Source: Alphaproteobacteria bacterium
GTDB taxonomy: Bacteria; Pseudomonadota; Alphaproteobacteria; UBA2966
DNA: 64,000 nt
Assembly: GCA_030740435.1 (NCBI GenBank)
Contig: JASLXG010000071.1
Span: 1,121 to 65,120, forward strand
Reading direction: 5' to 3'
The notes beneath the pieces are model-generated. The model searched no databases. It saw only the letters and a list, made by a program, of their open reading frames with translations, and was not told the origin of the DNA. Each line of letters starts with the position of its first letter. The first letter of the stretch is position 1. Of the stretch, positions 22,520-31,074 are shown one piece after another. A program made the position numbers and the translations under genes.

Positions 22520-22537
22520 CGCTGGAAGGAAAACACC

Positions 22538-22771
22538 ATGGCGATGGAATCTGCCGACATCGAGCGGCTCATCAAGGAGAGCATTCCCGGGGCCCAAGTG
22601 ACCATCGAGGACTTGCGCGGCGACGGCGACCATTACGCCGCCCTGGTGGTGGCGCAGGAATTCGTGGGCAAATCCCGGGTACAACAGCACCAAATGGTCT
22701 ACAAGGCCTTGAAAGGACGCATGGGCGACACACTTCATGCTCTGGCACTGCAGACGGCGGTCCCGGAATAG
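22538..22771 (+). CDS. BolA family protein
   Basis: 77 aa with 'DGDHYAALVVAQEFVGKSRVQQHQMVYKAL', typical of BolA. Sits directly upstream of a monothiol glutaredoxin. Confidence 0.85.
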   Translation: MAMESADIERLIKESIPGAQVTIEDLRGDGDHYAALVVAQEFVGKSRVQQHQMVYKALKGRMGDTLHALALQTAVPE

Positions 22772-22794
22772 CAAACATATAGAGGATAGATGGC

Positions 22795-23133
22795 ATGAGC
22801 GACAATCCGGTCTCCGAGCGCATCCAGCAGGAAATCGACGACAACTCGGTGGTGCTTTTCATGAAGGGCACGCCGGTCTTTCCCCAGTGCGGCTTCTCCG
22901 CCGCCGTGGTCCAGGTGCTGACCAATCTGGGTGTCAAGTTCAAGGGCATCGACGTGCTCATGGACCCGGCGTTGCGTGAAGGCATCAAGGAGTTTTCCGA
23001 CTGGCCGACCATTCCCCAGCTTTATCTCAAGGGCGAATTCGTGGGCGGCTGCGACATCATCCGCGAGATGTACGAAAACGGCGAGCTCTCGGCCCTGGTG
23101 GCGGAAAAAGGCGTCGAAGTCGAAGCCGCCTGA
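22795..23133 (+). CDS. grxD: Monothiol glutaredoxin (Grx4 family)
   Basis: 112 aa with the active site 'CGFS' and 'WPTIPQLY'. Confidence 0.9.
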   Translation: MSDNPVSERIQQEIDDNSVVLFMKGTPVFPQCGFSAAVVQVLTNLGVKFKGIDVLMDPALREGIKEFSDWPTIPQLYLKGEFVGGCDIIREMYENGELSALVAEKGVEVEAA

Positions 23134-23149
23134 GCCGGTCACCGGCACC

Positions 23150-23470
23150 ATCCGCGACTATCACGTCCACGTCTATTTCGGAGCGGCCAGCCGCGATCCT
23201 GCGCGCAGCTTGCGCGCAGAGGTCGAGCGGCATTTCGACGTGGTCATGGGGCGCTGGCACGAGCAACTTGTCGGGCCCCATCCGCGCTGGATGTATCTCT
23301 TCGTTTTCCAGCCCGATCTCTTTGCCGAGATCGTGCCCTGGCTGATGCGGAACCGCCAGGGGCTGGTGCTGCTGCTTCACCCCAGCACCGGCAACCACAT
23401 CGCCGACCACACGGATTATGCCGTCTGGATGGGCGAGGTGCTTGAACTGGACCTTAGCGTCCTGCCCTGA
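23150..23470 (+). CDS. DOPA 4,5-dioxygenase (DODA)-family protein, start codon unresolved
   Basis: 'IRDYHVHVYFGA...GRWHEQLVGPHPRWMY...HPSTGNHIADHTDYAVWMG' matches the small DODA-like family. There is no in-frame ATG/GTG/TTG between the grxD stop and the conserved 'YHVHVYF'. The 5' limit is set provisionally at ATC 23150. Confidence 0.6.
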   Translation: MRDYHVHVYFGAASRDPARSLRAEVERHFDVVMGRWHEQLVGPHPRWMYLFVFQPDLFAEIVPWLMRNRQGLVLLLHPSTGNHIADHTDYAVWMGEVLELDLSVLP

Positions 23471-23517
23471 AAGCGCTATACACTGGGCGCCGTCCGCCAG
23501 CCCCGGAGGAACGCCCC

Positions 23518-24579
23518 ATGACCGGCCCCGGCCCGGCCCCCAGCTTCAATCCCGAGATCATGGCCATGTTGGCCCGCGGCCCCGGCCTCTTTGCCGGCCT
23601 CAGCCACATCGGCCGGCGCATCACCATCGACGGCAACACGCTGGACAGCCGAGCCCAGACCATCAGCGCCCTGGCCGGCTCCAACGTGCCCTCCGACGAC
23701 CCGCTGGAGGCGCGGGTGCAACTGGCCAACGCCCTGGCGCCCTTCCGCGGTGGACCCACGCCGATCTATGCCAGCCAGGACCGGACCATAGCGGGACCGG
23801 GCGGCGACGTTCCCATACGCATCTATCAGCCCGGTGCCGGCGGCGCGCCGCGGCCGGTCCTGCTCTGGTTCCACGGCGGCGGTTTTGCGTTGGGCAGCGT
23901 CGACAGCCACGACGAGCCATGCCGCCGCATGGCCCGGGCGGCCGATGCCGTGGTGATCTCGGTCGATTACCGCCTGGCGCCCGAGGACAAGTTCCCGGCC
24001 GGCCTCGACGATTGCCGCGCCGCTTTCGCCTGGGCCGCCAACAACGCCGCCGAGATCGGCGGCGATGCGGCGCGGCTGGCGGTGGGCGGTGATTCGGCGG
24101 GCGGCAACTTCGCCGCCGCGCTGGCACTGGCGTGTCGCGATGATGGCGGCCCGCAGCCCGGTTTCCAGCTTCTGGTCTACCCGGTGGTTGATGCCGCCAT
24201 GACGCAAAAGTCCTACGAGCTTTTCGCCGAGGGTTTTTTCCTCACCCGTGAGCGCATGGCATGGTTCTTTGACAAGTATTTGGCATCGCCCGAGCAAGCC
24301 GCCGACCCCCTGGTCTCGCCACTCCGGGCCGAGGATCTTTCGGGCCTGCCGCCGGCCCACATCATAACGGCCGGCTTCGATCCCCTGCGCGACGAGGGCC
24401 GGGCTTATGCGGCCCGCCTGGAAGAGGCAGGCGTGGCGGTCGAACTGGCCGAATACCCCACCATGATCCACGCCTTCTTCTCCATGGCCGGCGTCTTCGG
24501 CGAGGCCGCCGTGGCCACCGAACGCGCCGCCCGGAGCTTGCGCGCGGCTTTCGCGGACAAGCGCCAAACGGCGGCCTGA
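23518..24579 (+). CDS. Alpha/beta hydrolase, HSL/Aes-type esterase
   Basis: Oxyanion motif 'HGGGF', nucleophile 'GDSAGG', and a C-terminal 'DPLRDE...H' block. Confidence 0.85.
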   Translation: MTGPGPAPSFNPEIMAMLARGPGLFAGLSHIGRRITIDGNTLDSRAQTISALAGSNVPSDDPLEARVQLANALAPFRGGPTPIYASQDRTIAGPGGDVPIRIYQPGAGGAPRPVLLWFHGGGFALGSVDSHDEPCRRMARAADAVVISVDYRLAPEDKFPAGLDDCRAAFAWAANNAAEIGGDAARLAVGGDSAGGNFAAALALACRDDGGPQPGFQLLVYPVVDAAMTQKSYELFAEGFFLTRERMAWFFDKYLASPEQAADPLVSPLRAEDLSGLPPAHIITAGFDPLRDEGRAYAARLEEAGVAVELAEYPTMIHAFFSMAGVFGEAAVATERAARSLRAAFADKRQTAA

Positions 24580-24672
24580 GGGGGGGGGGCGGAAAAAGAC
24601 TTCAACGGCCTGTGCGTTTGGCATTTCCCTGTTTTGCGCCTATCATCAGGGAACGAACTCAGGAATTTGAAA

Positions 24673-24909
24673 ATGGTTGCCAAACCCGCCCGCCCCGAAA
24701 TCTACAAGGGGTGCGAACTTCCCCCCGACTTGGCGCGGAAGGCTGGTGTGCGCCCGGACGAAGAGGTGCGCCTTTTGATCCTCGAGTCACGAGATACGGC
24801 AGGGCGGAAGATTGCCGCCGTCATGGACGCGGCCAGCGCCGAAGCGGAAGCAGCGGGCCTCGACGACGAGAAACTCGGCGACTTGATGGATGCCAACCGA
24901 ATTACGTAG
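24673..24909 (+). CDS. Putative antitoxin partner of the PIN toxin (family not recognised)
   Basis: 78-aa ORF whose 3' end overlaps the PIN gene start by 20 nt. The call rests on position only. Confidence 0.5.
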   Translation: MVAKPARPEIYKGCELPPDLARKAGVRPDEEVRLLILESRDTAGRKIAAVMDAASAEAEAAGLDDEKLGDLMDANRIT

Positions 24910-25324
24910 CGTCCTCGATACCAATCTGATCGTTTCCGCGCTCCTCGTTTCCCGCACGCCGCCGCGCAAAGCCTTTGACCACGCTGCCGACAACGGCTTG
25001 ATCCTCTCTTCCCCAGCAACCTACGGCGAATTAGAGGACGTTCTCGAGCGCCGCAAATTCGACCGTTATGTCGACCTATCCAGGCGCCGTGAATTCCTGC
25101 GATTGTTCGCCTCCGTCGTCCATTGGGTTCAGGTTTCATCGACGATTGACGCCAGCAGGGACCCGAAAGACAACATGTTCCTGGAACTCGCCGCTGACGG
25201 AAAAGCCGATTATTTGGTTACCGGAGATCACGATTTGCTGGCCTTGGCCGCGCCGGCCGCCACGACATGGGGTTTCCGCATCGTGACACCGGAAGAATTC
25301 CTCGCGGCCGAAGTCCGGACTTGA
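24890..25324 (+). CDS. PIN-domain toxin (TIGR00305-like)
   Basis: 'VLDTNLIVSALL', 'SRDPKDNMFLELA' and 'ADYLVTGDHDLL' supply the conserved acidic residues of this PIN subfamily. Confidence 0.8.
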   Translation: MPTELRSVLDTNLIVSALLVSRTPPRKAFDHAADNGLILSSPATYGELEDVLERRKFDRYVDLSRRREFLRLFASVVHWVQVSSTIDASRDPKDNMFLELAADGKADYLVTGDHDLLALAAPAATTWGFRIVTPEEFLAAEVRT

Positions 25325-25429
25325 TACTACCCGCAGAACGTTGAGATTGTCGCCAAACGCCCGGCCTTCACATTGATCCACCCTGTCAACCGACATCGAT
25401 TGCCCCGTTCCGGCACCGATGTTAGTCGT

Positions 25430-26224
25430 ATGGCCATGCGAGACACGTTTGACATCACCCAGGCGCTGATCGGCAAGGACGGCGAGGCGCGGTTCGAGGA
25501 TCAAAGTCGGCCTTATGGGCGCGACTCGTCGCCCTTCAACATCACCGAGCGCCAGGCGGCCGCGGCGATCCGCTTCGGCTGGGCCCCGGCCGGATTCGCC
25601 TCGGCCCCCGAGGGCGAGGGCCCCGATCGCCTGATCGTGGTTCTGGAAGGCAGCCTCGACGTCACCCTGGCAGCGGGGGCCAGGCGCCAATTCGGCCTTG
25701 GCGAGCTACTGCTGATGACCGCCTCCGGCACCGCCGGCGCCGTGCGCCGGGCCGAAAGTCCGGTCCATTGGCCTGAATTCAGGCTCTCGGGCCCAGCCGC
25801 GCCGGACACCGGGGCGTTGCAGCCGGCGGCTGAAGCCACGGCGGATCGCCTAGACCAGGCCGCGGACGATCCAAACGGGGCCGCCTTCCTGCGCACCTGG
25901 ACCGACGACGACCGTTCGCGCACGAAATCCGACCTGCTGCCCTATACCGAGACAGCCGGCGAACGCCTGACGGCCGAGATCCCGCTGGTCGGTTTGCAGT
26001 ACGTGTTGGCACCGACCAGTTTGAACTACTACTGGCACCGCGCACCGCAGCGCCAGTTGGTACTCTTCATTACAGGCGGTGCCGAAATCGAGAACGGGTT
26101 GGGCGAGCGCCATCGTGTGCTGCCCGGAGGCATCTATCTGGGCGAGGACGAAACCGGCCCCGGCCACATCACCCGCGCCATCGAGGGCCAGGAACGGTTT
26201 TCCATCTTCGCGCACTTGCGTTGA
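25430..26224 (+). CDS. Hypothetical protein with two cupin-like halves
   Basis: 264 aa. The C-terminal half 'HRAPQRQLVLFITGGAEIENGLGERHRVLPGGIYLGEDETGPGHITR' resembles a small cupin family. The N-terminal half repeats the pattern more weakly ('RLIVVLEGSLDVTL...GELLLM'). Confidence 0.55.
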   Translation: MAMRDTFDITQALIGKDGEARFEDQSRPYGRDSSPFNITERQAAAAIRFGWAPAGFASAPEGEGPDRLIVVLEGSLDVTLAAGARRQFGLGELLLMTASGTAGAVRRAESPVHWPEFRLSGPAAPDTGALQPAAEATADRLDQAADDPNGAAFLRTWTDDDRSRTKSDLLPYTETAGERLTAEIPLVGLQYVLAPTSLNYYWHRAPQRQLVLFITGGAEIENGLGERHRVLPGGIYLGEDETGPGHITRAIEGQERFSIFAHLR

Positions 26225-26238
26225 GTCGGTCTCCAACC

Positions 26239-26541
26239 ATGAGCAAATTGCCCCCCATTCATCCCGGCGAAATCCTGGGCGAAGAATTCCTCAAGCCCAT
26301 GGGCATCAGCCAGTCGCGCCTGGCCCGGGACATCAACGTACCGCCCCGGCGCATCAACGAGATCCGCCTGGGCAAGCGGGGCATCACGGCCGACACGGCG
26401 CTGCGACTTGAACACTATTTCGGGGTCTCGGCGGAATTTTGGATGAACCTGCAGCAGCGCTACGATCTGGAATCCCTCGAGGATCGTATCGGCGACCAGC
26501 TCGAGCGGGAAATCCGCAGCCGCCCGCAATCCGCGGCTTAA
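26239..26541 (+). CDS. higA: HigA-family antitoxin (XRE-type HTH), no HigB adjacent
   Basis: 'IHPGEILGEEFLKPMGISQSRLARDINVPPRRINEIRLGKRGITADTALRL' is the canonical HigA/VapI N-terminus. Confidence 0.85.
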   Translation: MSKLPPIHPGEILGEEFLKPMGISQSRLARDINVPPRRINEIRLGKRGITADTALRLEHYFGVSAEFWMNLQQRYDLESLEDRIGDQLEREIRSRPQSAA

Positions 26542-27050
26542 CCCAGCCCCGCCACCACAACGCCCTCGTGTTCGAGCAGCCAGCGTTTGCGCTCGATGCC
26601 GCCAGCGTAGCCGGTTAGCGAGCCGTCGGCGCCGATGACGCGGTGGCAAGGGACAGCGATGCCGACCGGGTTGAGGGCGTTGGCGCGGCCCACGGCGCGG
26701 GCCGCGCCGGGCCGGCCAAGGCCGGCCGCCAGTTCGCCGTAGGTCGTGGTTGCGCCGACCGGGATCGAGCGCAGGGCGGCCCAGACGGTCTCCTGAAAGG
26801 GCGTGCCGGCGAGACGAACCGGCAGTTCGGCAACGGCACCAAGGTCGCCAGCAAAATAACGCCGAACGGCGCTGGAAAACCCGCCGGGATCGGCCGCGGG
26901 CCGCAATTCAAAGGGCCCGAAACGGCGCGCCAACGATCCCTCGAGGCGCTGGCGGCAGTCGGCGAAGTCTAACGTCACTACCGCCGCACCGTCGCTGACC
27001 AGAAGCATGGTGCCCATCGGCGAGGTGATTTCGTCGACCAGCAATTTCAT
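26538..27050 (-). CDS. ogt: Methylated-DNA--protein-cysteine methyltransferase
   Basis: Active site 'PCHRV'. Start at 'MKLLVDEITSPMG', preceded by GGAGAAAGA and abutting the upstream stop. Confidence 0.9.
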   Translation of the reverse strand: MKLLVDEITSPMGTMLLVSDGAAVVTLDFADCRQRLEGSLARRFGPFELRPAADPGGFSSAVRRYFAGDLGAVAELPVRLAGTPFQETVWAALRSIPVGATTTYGELAAGLGRPGAARAVGRANALNPVGIAVPCHRVIGADGSLTGYAGGIERKRWLLEHEGVVVAGLG

Positions 27051-28510
27051 TCTTTCTCCCCCTTCCCAGCCGTCCACAACAGTAATGCCGCATAAGCCCG
27101 CCAGGGCCGCCAGGCCTGCGAAAGCTCCACCAGGCCCTTGGCATCAATCGGCCCGCCACGGGCAGCGGACGCCTTTCGCAAGCCCAGATCGCCGGCGGGA
27201 AAGGCGTCGGGGTCGCCGAGCGCCCGCATGGCGATGTAGTCCGCCGTCCAGGCGCCGATGCCGGGCAACGCCAGCAGGCGGGCCCGGGCCTCGTCCGGCG
27301 GCAGCGCCCCGTCGAAGCTCAGCTCGCCGCTGGCCACGGCGGCGGCCAGGGCCGAAATCGTGGCGGCCCGGGCCCGCGGCAGGCCGATGCCGGTGAGGTC
27401 GGCGTCGGCCAGCCGGGCGGCTTCGGGAAAGACGTGGCCAAGGCCGCCGCAAGCGGTCGGCCGGCCGTTGAGCGTCAGCGGCTCGCCCCACCTCGCCACC
27501 AGGCGGCCGGCCAGCGTCGTCGCCCCCTTGACCGTCACCTGCTGGCCCAGGATGGCGCGCACGCCGAGCTCGAAGCCGTCCCAGGCGCCAGGCAGGCGCA
27601 AGCCGGGAAGCCGCTCCACGTCGGCGCCGATCACCGGGTCTTGGCCAAGCTGGGCCGCCACTTCGGCGGGATCGAGGTCGAGATCGAAAAGGCGCCTCAG
27701 GCGCTGGGCGATACCGATGATCGGCATCGGACGGGCGAGCTTGATGCGGGCCACCAGCGCCCCGGGTGCCCCGGGCGCCACCTCGACCACACCGTGGCTG
27801 CCGGCGACGGCAATGCTGCGGCGGTAGCTCTCGGTCACCTCCTCGACGCCAGGGATGGCGCGGCGGCCGAGGAAATCGCGGATCGCCGGCCAGTGGTAGG
27901 GCTGGCGCAAGCCGAGCTGCAGGCGCAAGTCCGTGGCGCCTCCGGACCAGCCGCCCTGGCGGCGCAAGCTCCCGGGCGGCCGGCCGTAGGCGCCGCGCAT
28001 GGCACCATTGAAGCGGCGCAGGCTGGCAAAGCCCGCCGCCAGCGCCACCTCGGTCATGGCCAGATCGCTCTCGTCCAAGAGTTTTTTGGCAAACAGCAGC
28101 CGCCGGTTCTGAGCCACGGCCAGCGGCGAGGCGCCGACGTGGCTGGCAAAGAGCCGGCGCAAATGGCGTTCGCCCACACCCAGGCGGCCGGCCAGTTGGG
28201 CTACCCCTGCCCCGTCCAGGGCGCCCTCGGCGATCAGCCTGAGCGCCCGTGCCACCGTCGTCGAGGTACCGGCCCAGGCCGGCGTGCCCGGCGCCGCCTC
28301 GGGACGGCAGCGCAGGCAGGGTCGAAATCCGGCCTCTTGCGCCGCCGCGGCCAGCGGGAAGAATTCGCAGTTCTCGAGCTTCGGCGTCCTAGCCGGGCAG
28401 ATCGGACGGCAGTAGATGCCGGTGCTTCGTACGGCGGTAAAGAAGCGTCCGTCGAAGCGGCTGTCGCGGGTGAGTAGCGCCCGGTAGCAGATGTCGCGAT
28501 CGAGATCCAT
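27047..28510 (-). CDS. Ada N-terminal (Zn/AraC) regulator fused to AlkA DNA-3-methyladenine glycosylase II
   Basis: N-terminal Cys4 methylphosphotriester-acceptor region ('RPICPAR...CLRCRP'), an AraC HTH region, then a HhH-GPD glycosylase domain. Confidence 0.85.
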   Translation of the reverse strand: MDLDRDICYRALLTRDSRFDGRFFTAVRSTGIYCRPICPARTPKLENCEFFPLAAAAQEAGFRPCLRCRPEAAPGTPAWAGTSTTVARALRLIAEGALDGAGVAQLAGRLGVGERHLRRLFASHVGASPLAVAQNRRLLFAKKLLDESDLAMTEVALAAGFASLRRFNGAMRGAYGRPPGSLRRQGGWSGGATDLRLQLGLRQPYHWPAIRDFLGRRAIPGVEEVTESYRRSIAVAGSHGVVEVAPGAPGALVARIKLARPMPIIGIAQRLRRLFDLDLDPAEVAAQLGQDPVIGADVERLPGLRLPGAWDGFELGVRAILGQQVTVKGATTLAGRLVARWGEPLTLNGRPTACGGLGHVFPEAARLADADLTGIGLPRARAATISALAAAVASGELSFDGALPPDEARARLLALPGIGAWTADYIAMRALGDPDAFPAGDLGLRKASAARGGPIDAKGLVELSQAWRPWRAYAALLLWTAGKGEKE

Positions 28511-28606
28511 GGCGCCATTATGGCGCCGGCAACCATCGCCGTCTGGCCATTTTCGGACTCGGCACCTCGGGTGCGCTTTAGGGTTGCTCCGCCTGAGCCC
28601 CGCGCC

Positions 28607-30973
28607 TCACCCCCTCGCCCGACGCAGCGCGGCGGCGGCGGCGGCGTCAACCACGGCGTCGGCGTCGATGCCGTATTCGCGGTAGAGGTCGACGATATCG
28701 CCGGACTGGCCGAAGCGCTCGACACCCAACGGCACCACGCGCTGGCCGGCCACCGAACCGAGCCAGTCGAGCGCCGCGGGATGGCCGTCGATCAGCGTCA
28801 CCAGGCCGGCATCAGGGGCCAGTGGCGCCAGAAGCTGTTCGGCGTGGCTGGGGGCCCCAAGTTCAGCCCCGCGCCCGGCCGCCAGCCAGCCGGCGTGCAG
28901 GCGGTCGGCCGACGTCACCGCCAAGAGGCCGGCACCGGGGATGTCCTGGCAGACCTTGGCGTGGCCGGCCCTGGCCTCGGGCGCCACGGCGCCTGAGTAG
29001 ACGACGGCCAGTTCCGCACCCGGCGCCGGTGGCACCAGCCAATAGCCGCCGGCCACGATCTGGGCGCCAAGCTCGGGCGTCATCTGGCGCTCGGGCTGCT
29101 CCAGGGTGCGGGTAGACAGGCGCAGGTAAACCGCGCCGCCATCGTCGGCCTGCATGTGCTCGAAGCCCCAACTCATGAGCAGCGCCAGCTCGTCGGCAAA
29201 GGCCGGTTCGAAGGCGCTGAGCCCGTCCTGGCCCAGGCCGATCAGCGGGGTGAGGAAGGACTGGTGGGCGCCGCCCTCAGGCGCCAGCGAGATGCCCGAC
29301 GGCGTGCCGATCACCATGAATCTGGCGCCCTGGGAGCAGCCGTAATTGAGAGCATCCAGGCCGCGGCTGACGAAGGGATCGTAGAGCGTGCCGATGGGCA
29401 ACAGCGGCGCCCCGAAGAGCTCGCCCGAGAGGCCGAGCGCGGTGAGCAGCAAGAAAAGATTGTTCTCGGCGATACCCAGCTCGATATGGCGGCCGCGCGG
29501 CGACAGCGTCCAGCGCTGGGCCGACGGCAGGTGTTCCTGGCGGAAGATGTCGGCCTTTTCGTGGCGGTGGAAGACCTCGCGCTGGTTGACCCAGCCGCCC
29601 AGGTTGGTCGAGACGGTAACGTCGGGTGAGGTGGTGACGATGCGCCGAGCGAGCTCGTCGTCGGCCTTGCCGAGCTCGCTCATGATGCGCCCGAAGGCTT
29701 CCTGGGTGGATTGGGCGCCGGGGGCGCCACCCTCGGGCGAAAGCGCCGCCGAGGTAACCAGCGGCGCCAAGCGCCCGTCCGGCCGGCGGCGCGCCATGGG
29801 TGCCGCTTCGATCAGTTCGGCCAGCGCCTCGGCCGTCAGCTCGAGGCCAGCCAGCGGCTGCCACTCGTCACCGTCGGGAATGCCCATGGCGGCCTTGAAC
29901 TCGGCCATCTGGTCGGGCGTCATCATGCCGGCGTGGTTGTCCTTGTGGCCCGCAATCGGCAGGCCGTAGCCCTTGACGGTGTAGGCCACGAAGCAGTGCG
30001 GCCGGTCGCCCTCGGCCTCGCGGAAGGCATCGAGCACGGTCTCCATGTCATGGCCGGCGAGGTTGGTCATCAGGGTGTGCAAACTCTCGTCGTCGTGGCC
30101 GTCGAGGAGTTCCTTGAGGCCGGAGACACCGCGCAAGTCGTGTTTGAGGTGCTGGCGCCAGCCCTCGGCGCCCTTGAAGCAAAGCGCCGAATAGAGCTGG
30201 TTGGGGCAATCATCGATCCATTGCCTGAGCGCCCCGCCAGCCGGCCCCTCGAAGGCCTGGCGCAGTCGGTTGCCGTACTTCAGCGTCACCACTTGCCAAT
30301 CGACCGTGGCGAAGAAGTCCTTGATCTTGGCGAACAGGTAATCGTTGACCACGCCGTCCAGGCTTTGGCGGTTGTAGTCGATGATCCACCAGAGGTCCCT
30401 GACGTCGTGCTTCCAGCCCTCCAGCAGCGCCTCGAAGACGTTGCCCTCGTCGAGTTCGGCATCGCCCATCAGCGCCACCAGCCGCCCCCGCGGCCGGTCG
30501 GCCGGCACCAGGCCGTGAAGATGCACGTAATCCTGCACCAGCGAGGCAAACAGCGTGGCGCCCACGCCCAGCCCGACCGAGCCCGTCGAGAGATCGACGC
30601 CGTCGCGGTCCTTGCTGCGCGAGGGATAGCTTTGGGCCCCGCCCAGGGCGCGAAAGGCCTTCAGCGCCTCCAGGTCCTGGTTGCCCATGAGGTACTGGAT
30701 GGCGTGGAAGACCGGCGCCGCGTGGGGCTTGACGGCAACCCGGTCGGCGGCCTCGAGCTGGTGGAAGTAAAGCGCCGTCAGCAGTGTCGTGGCCGAGGCA
30801 CACGAGGCCTGGTGGCCGCCCACCTTGAGGCCGTCGCGCGAGGGCCGCACATGGTTGGCATGGTGGATCATCCAACAGGCCAGCCACAGCACCTTCCGTT
30901 CGATCTGGCTCAGCCCGGCCACGAGCTCGGGCGCCAGGCGGTTGGAAATAGCGGCTGGTGACGTATCGTTCAT
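28607..30973 (-). CDS. Homodimeric-type 2-oxoacid dehydrogenase E1 / transketolase-like ThDP enzyme
   Basis: 788 aa. The N-terminal region 'VGGHQASCASATTLLTALYF' and 'GSVGLGV' resembles AceE-type E1. No E2 or E3 nearby. Confidence 0.75.
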   Translation of the reverse strand: MNDTSPAAISNRLAPELVAGLSQIERKVLWLACWMIHHANHVRPSRDGLKVGGHQASCASATTLLTALYFHQLEAADRVAVKPHAAPVFHAIQYLMGNQDLEALKAFRALGGAQSYPSRSKDRDGVDLSTGSVGLGVGATLFASLVQDYVHLHGLVPADRPRGRLVALMGDAELDEGNVFEALLEGWKHDVRDLWWIIDYNRQSLDGVVNDYLFAKIKDFFATVDWQVVTLKYGNRLRQAFEGPAGGALRQWIDDCPNQLYSALCFKGAEGWRQHLKHDLRGVSGLKELLDGHDDESLHTLMTNLAGHDMETVLDAFREAEGDRPHCFVAYTVKGYGLPIAGHKDNHAGMMTPDQMAEFKAAMGIPDGDEWQPLAGLELTAEALAELIEAAPMARRRPDGRLAPLVTSAALSPEGGAPGAQSTQEAFGRIMSELGKADDELARRIVTTSPDVTVSTNLGGWVNQREVFHRHEKADIFRQEHLPSAQRWTLSPRGRHIELGIAENNLFLLLTALGLSGELFGAPLLPIGTLYDPFVSRGLDALNYGCSQGARFMVIGTPSGISLAPEGGAHQSFLTPLIGLGQDGLSAFEPAFADELALLMSWGFEHMQADDGGAVYLRLSTRTLEQPERQMTPELGAQIVAGGYWLVPPAPGAELAVVYSGAVAPEARAGHAKVCQDIPGAGLLAVTSADRLHAGWLAAGRGAELGAPSHAEQLLAPLAPDAGLVTLIDGHPAALDWLGSVAGQRVVPLGVERFGQSGDIVDLYREYGIDADAVVDAAAAAALRRARG

Positions 30974-31074
30974 CGCTGGCCCGAAGCTAGCACGTTTGGA
31001 ATTACGACTCGAATTTCGACTCCGGCCCTATTCTACTACCTTGGCGCCTCCAACCCCCACCCGGGAGACCGAAT

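Noticed and set aside
24580-24589. G10 homopolymer as a phase-variation switch
   Set aside because: It lies just after the esterase stop codon and about 80 nt upstream of the next start, within neither a CDS nor an evident promoter spacer. It is more likely an islet boundary or chance.
25900-26240. Hidden HigB/RelE-like toxin ORF upstream of higA
   Set aside because: No ORF of 80-100 aa with RelE-like features exists in any frame. The region is fully occupied by the bicupin-like gene.
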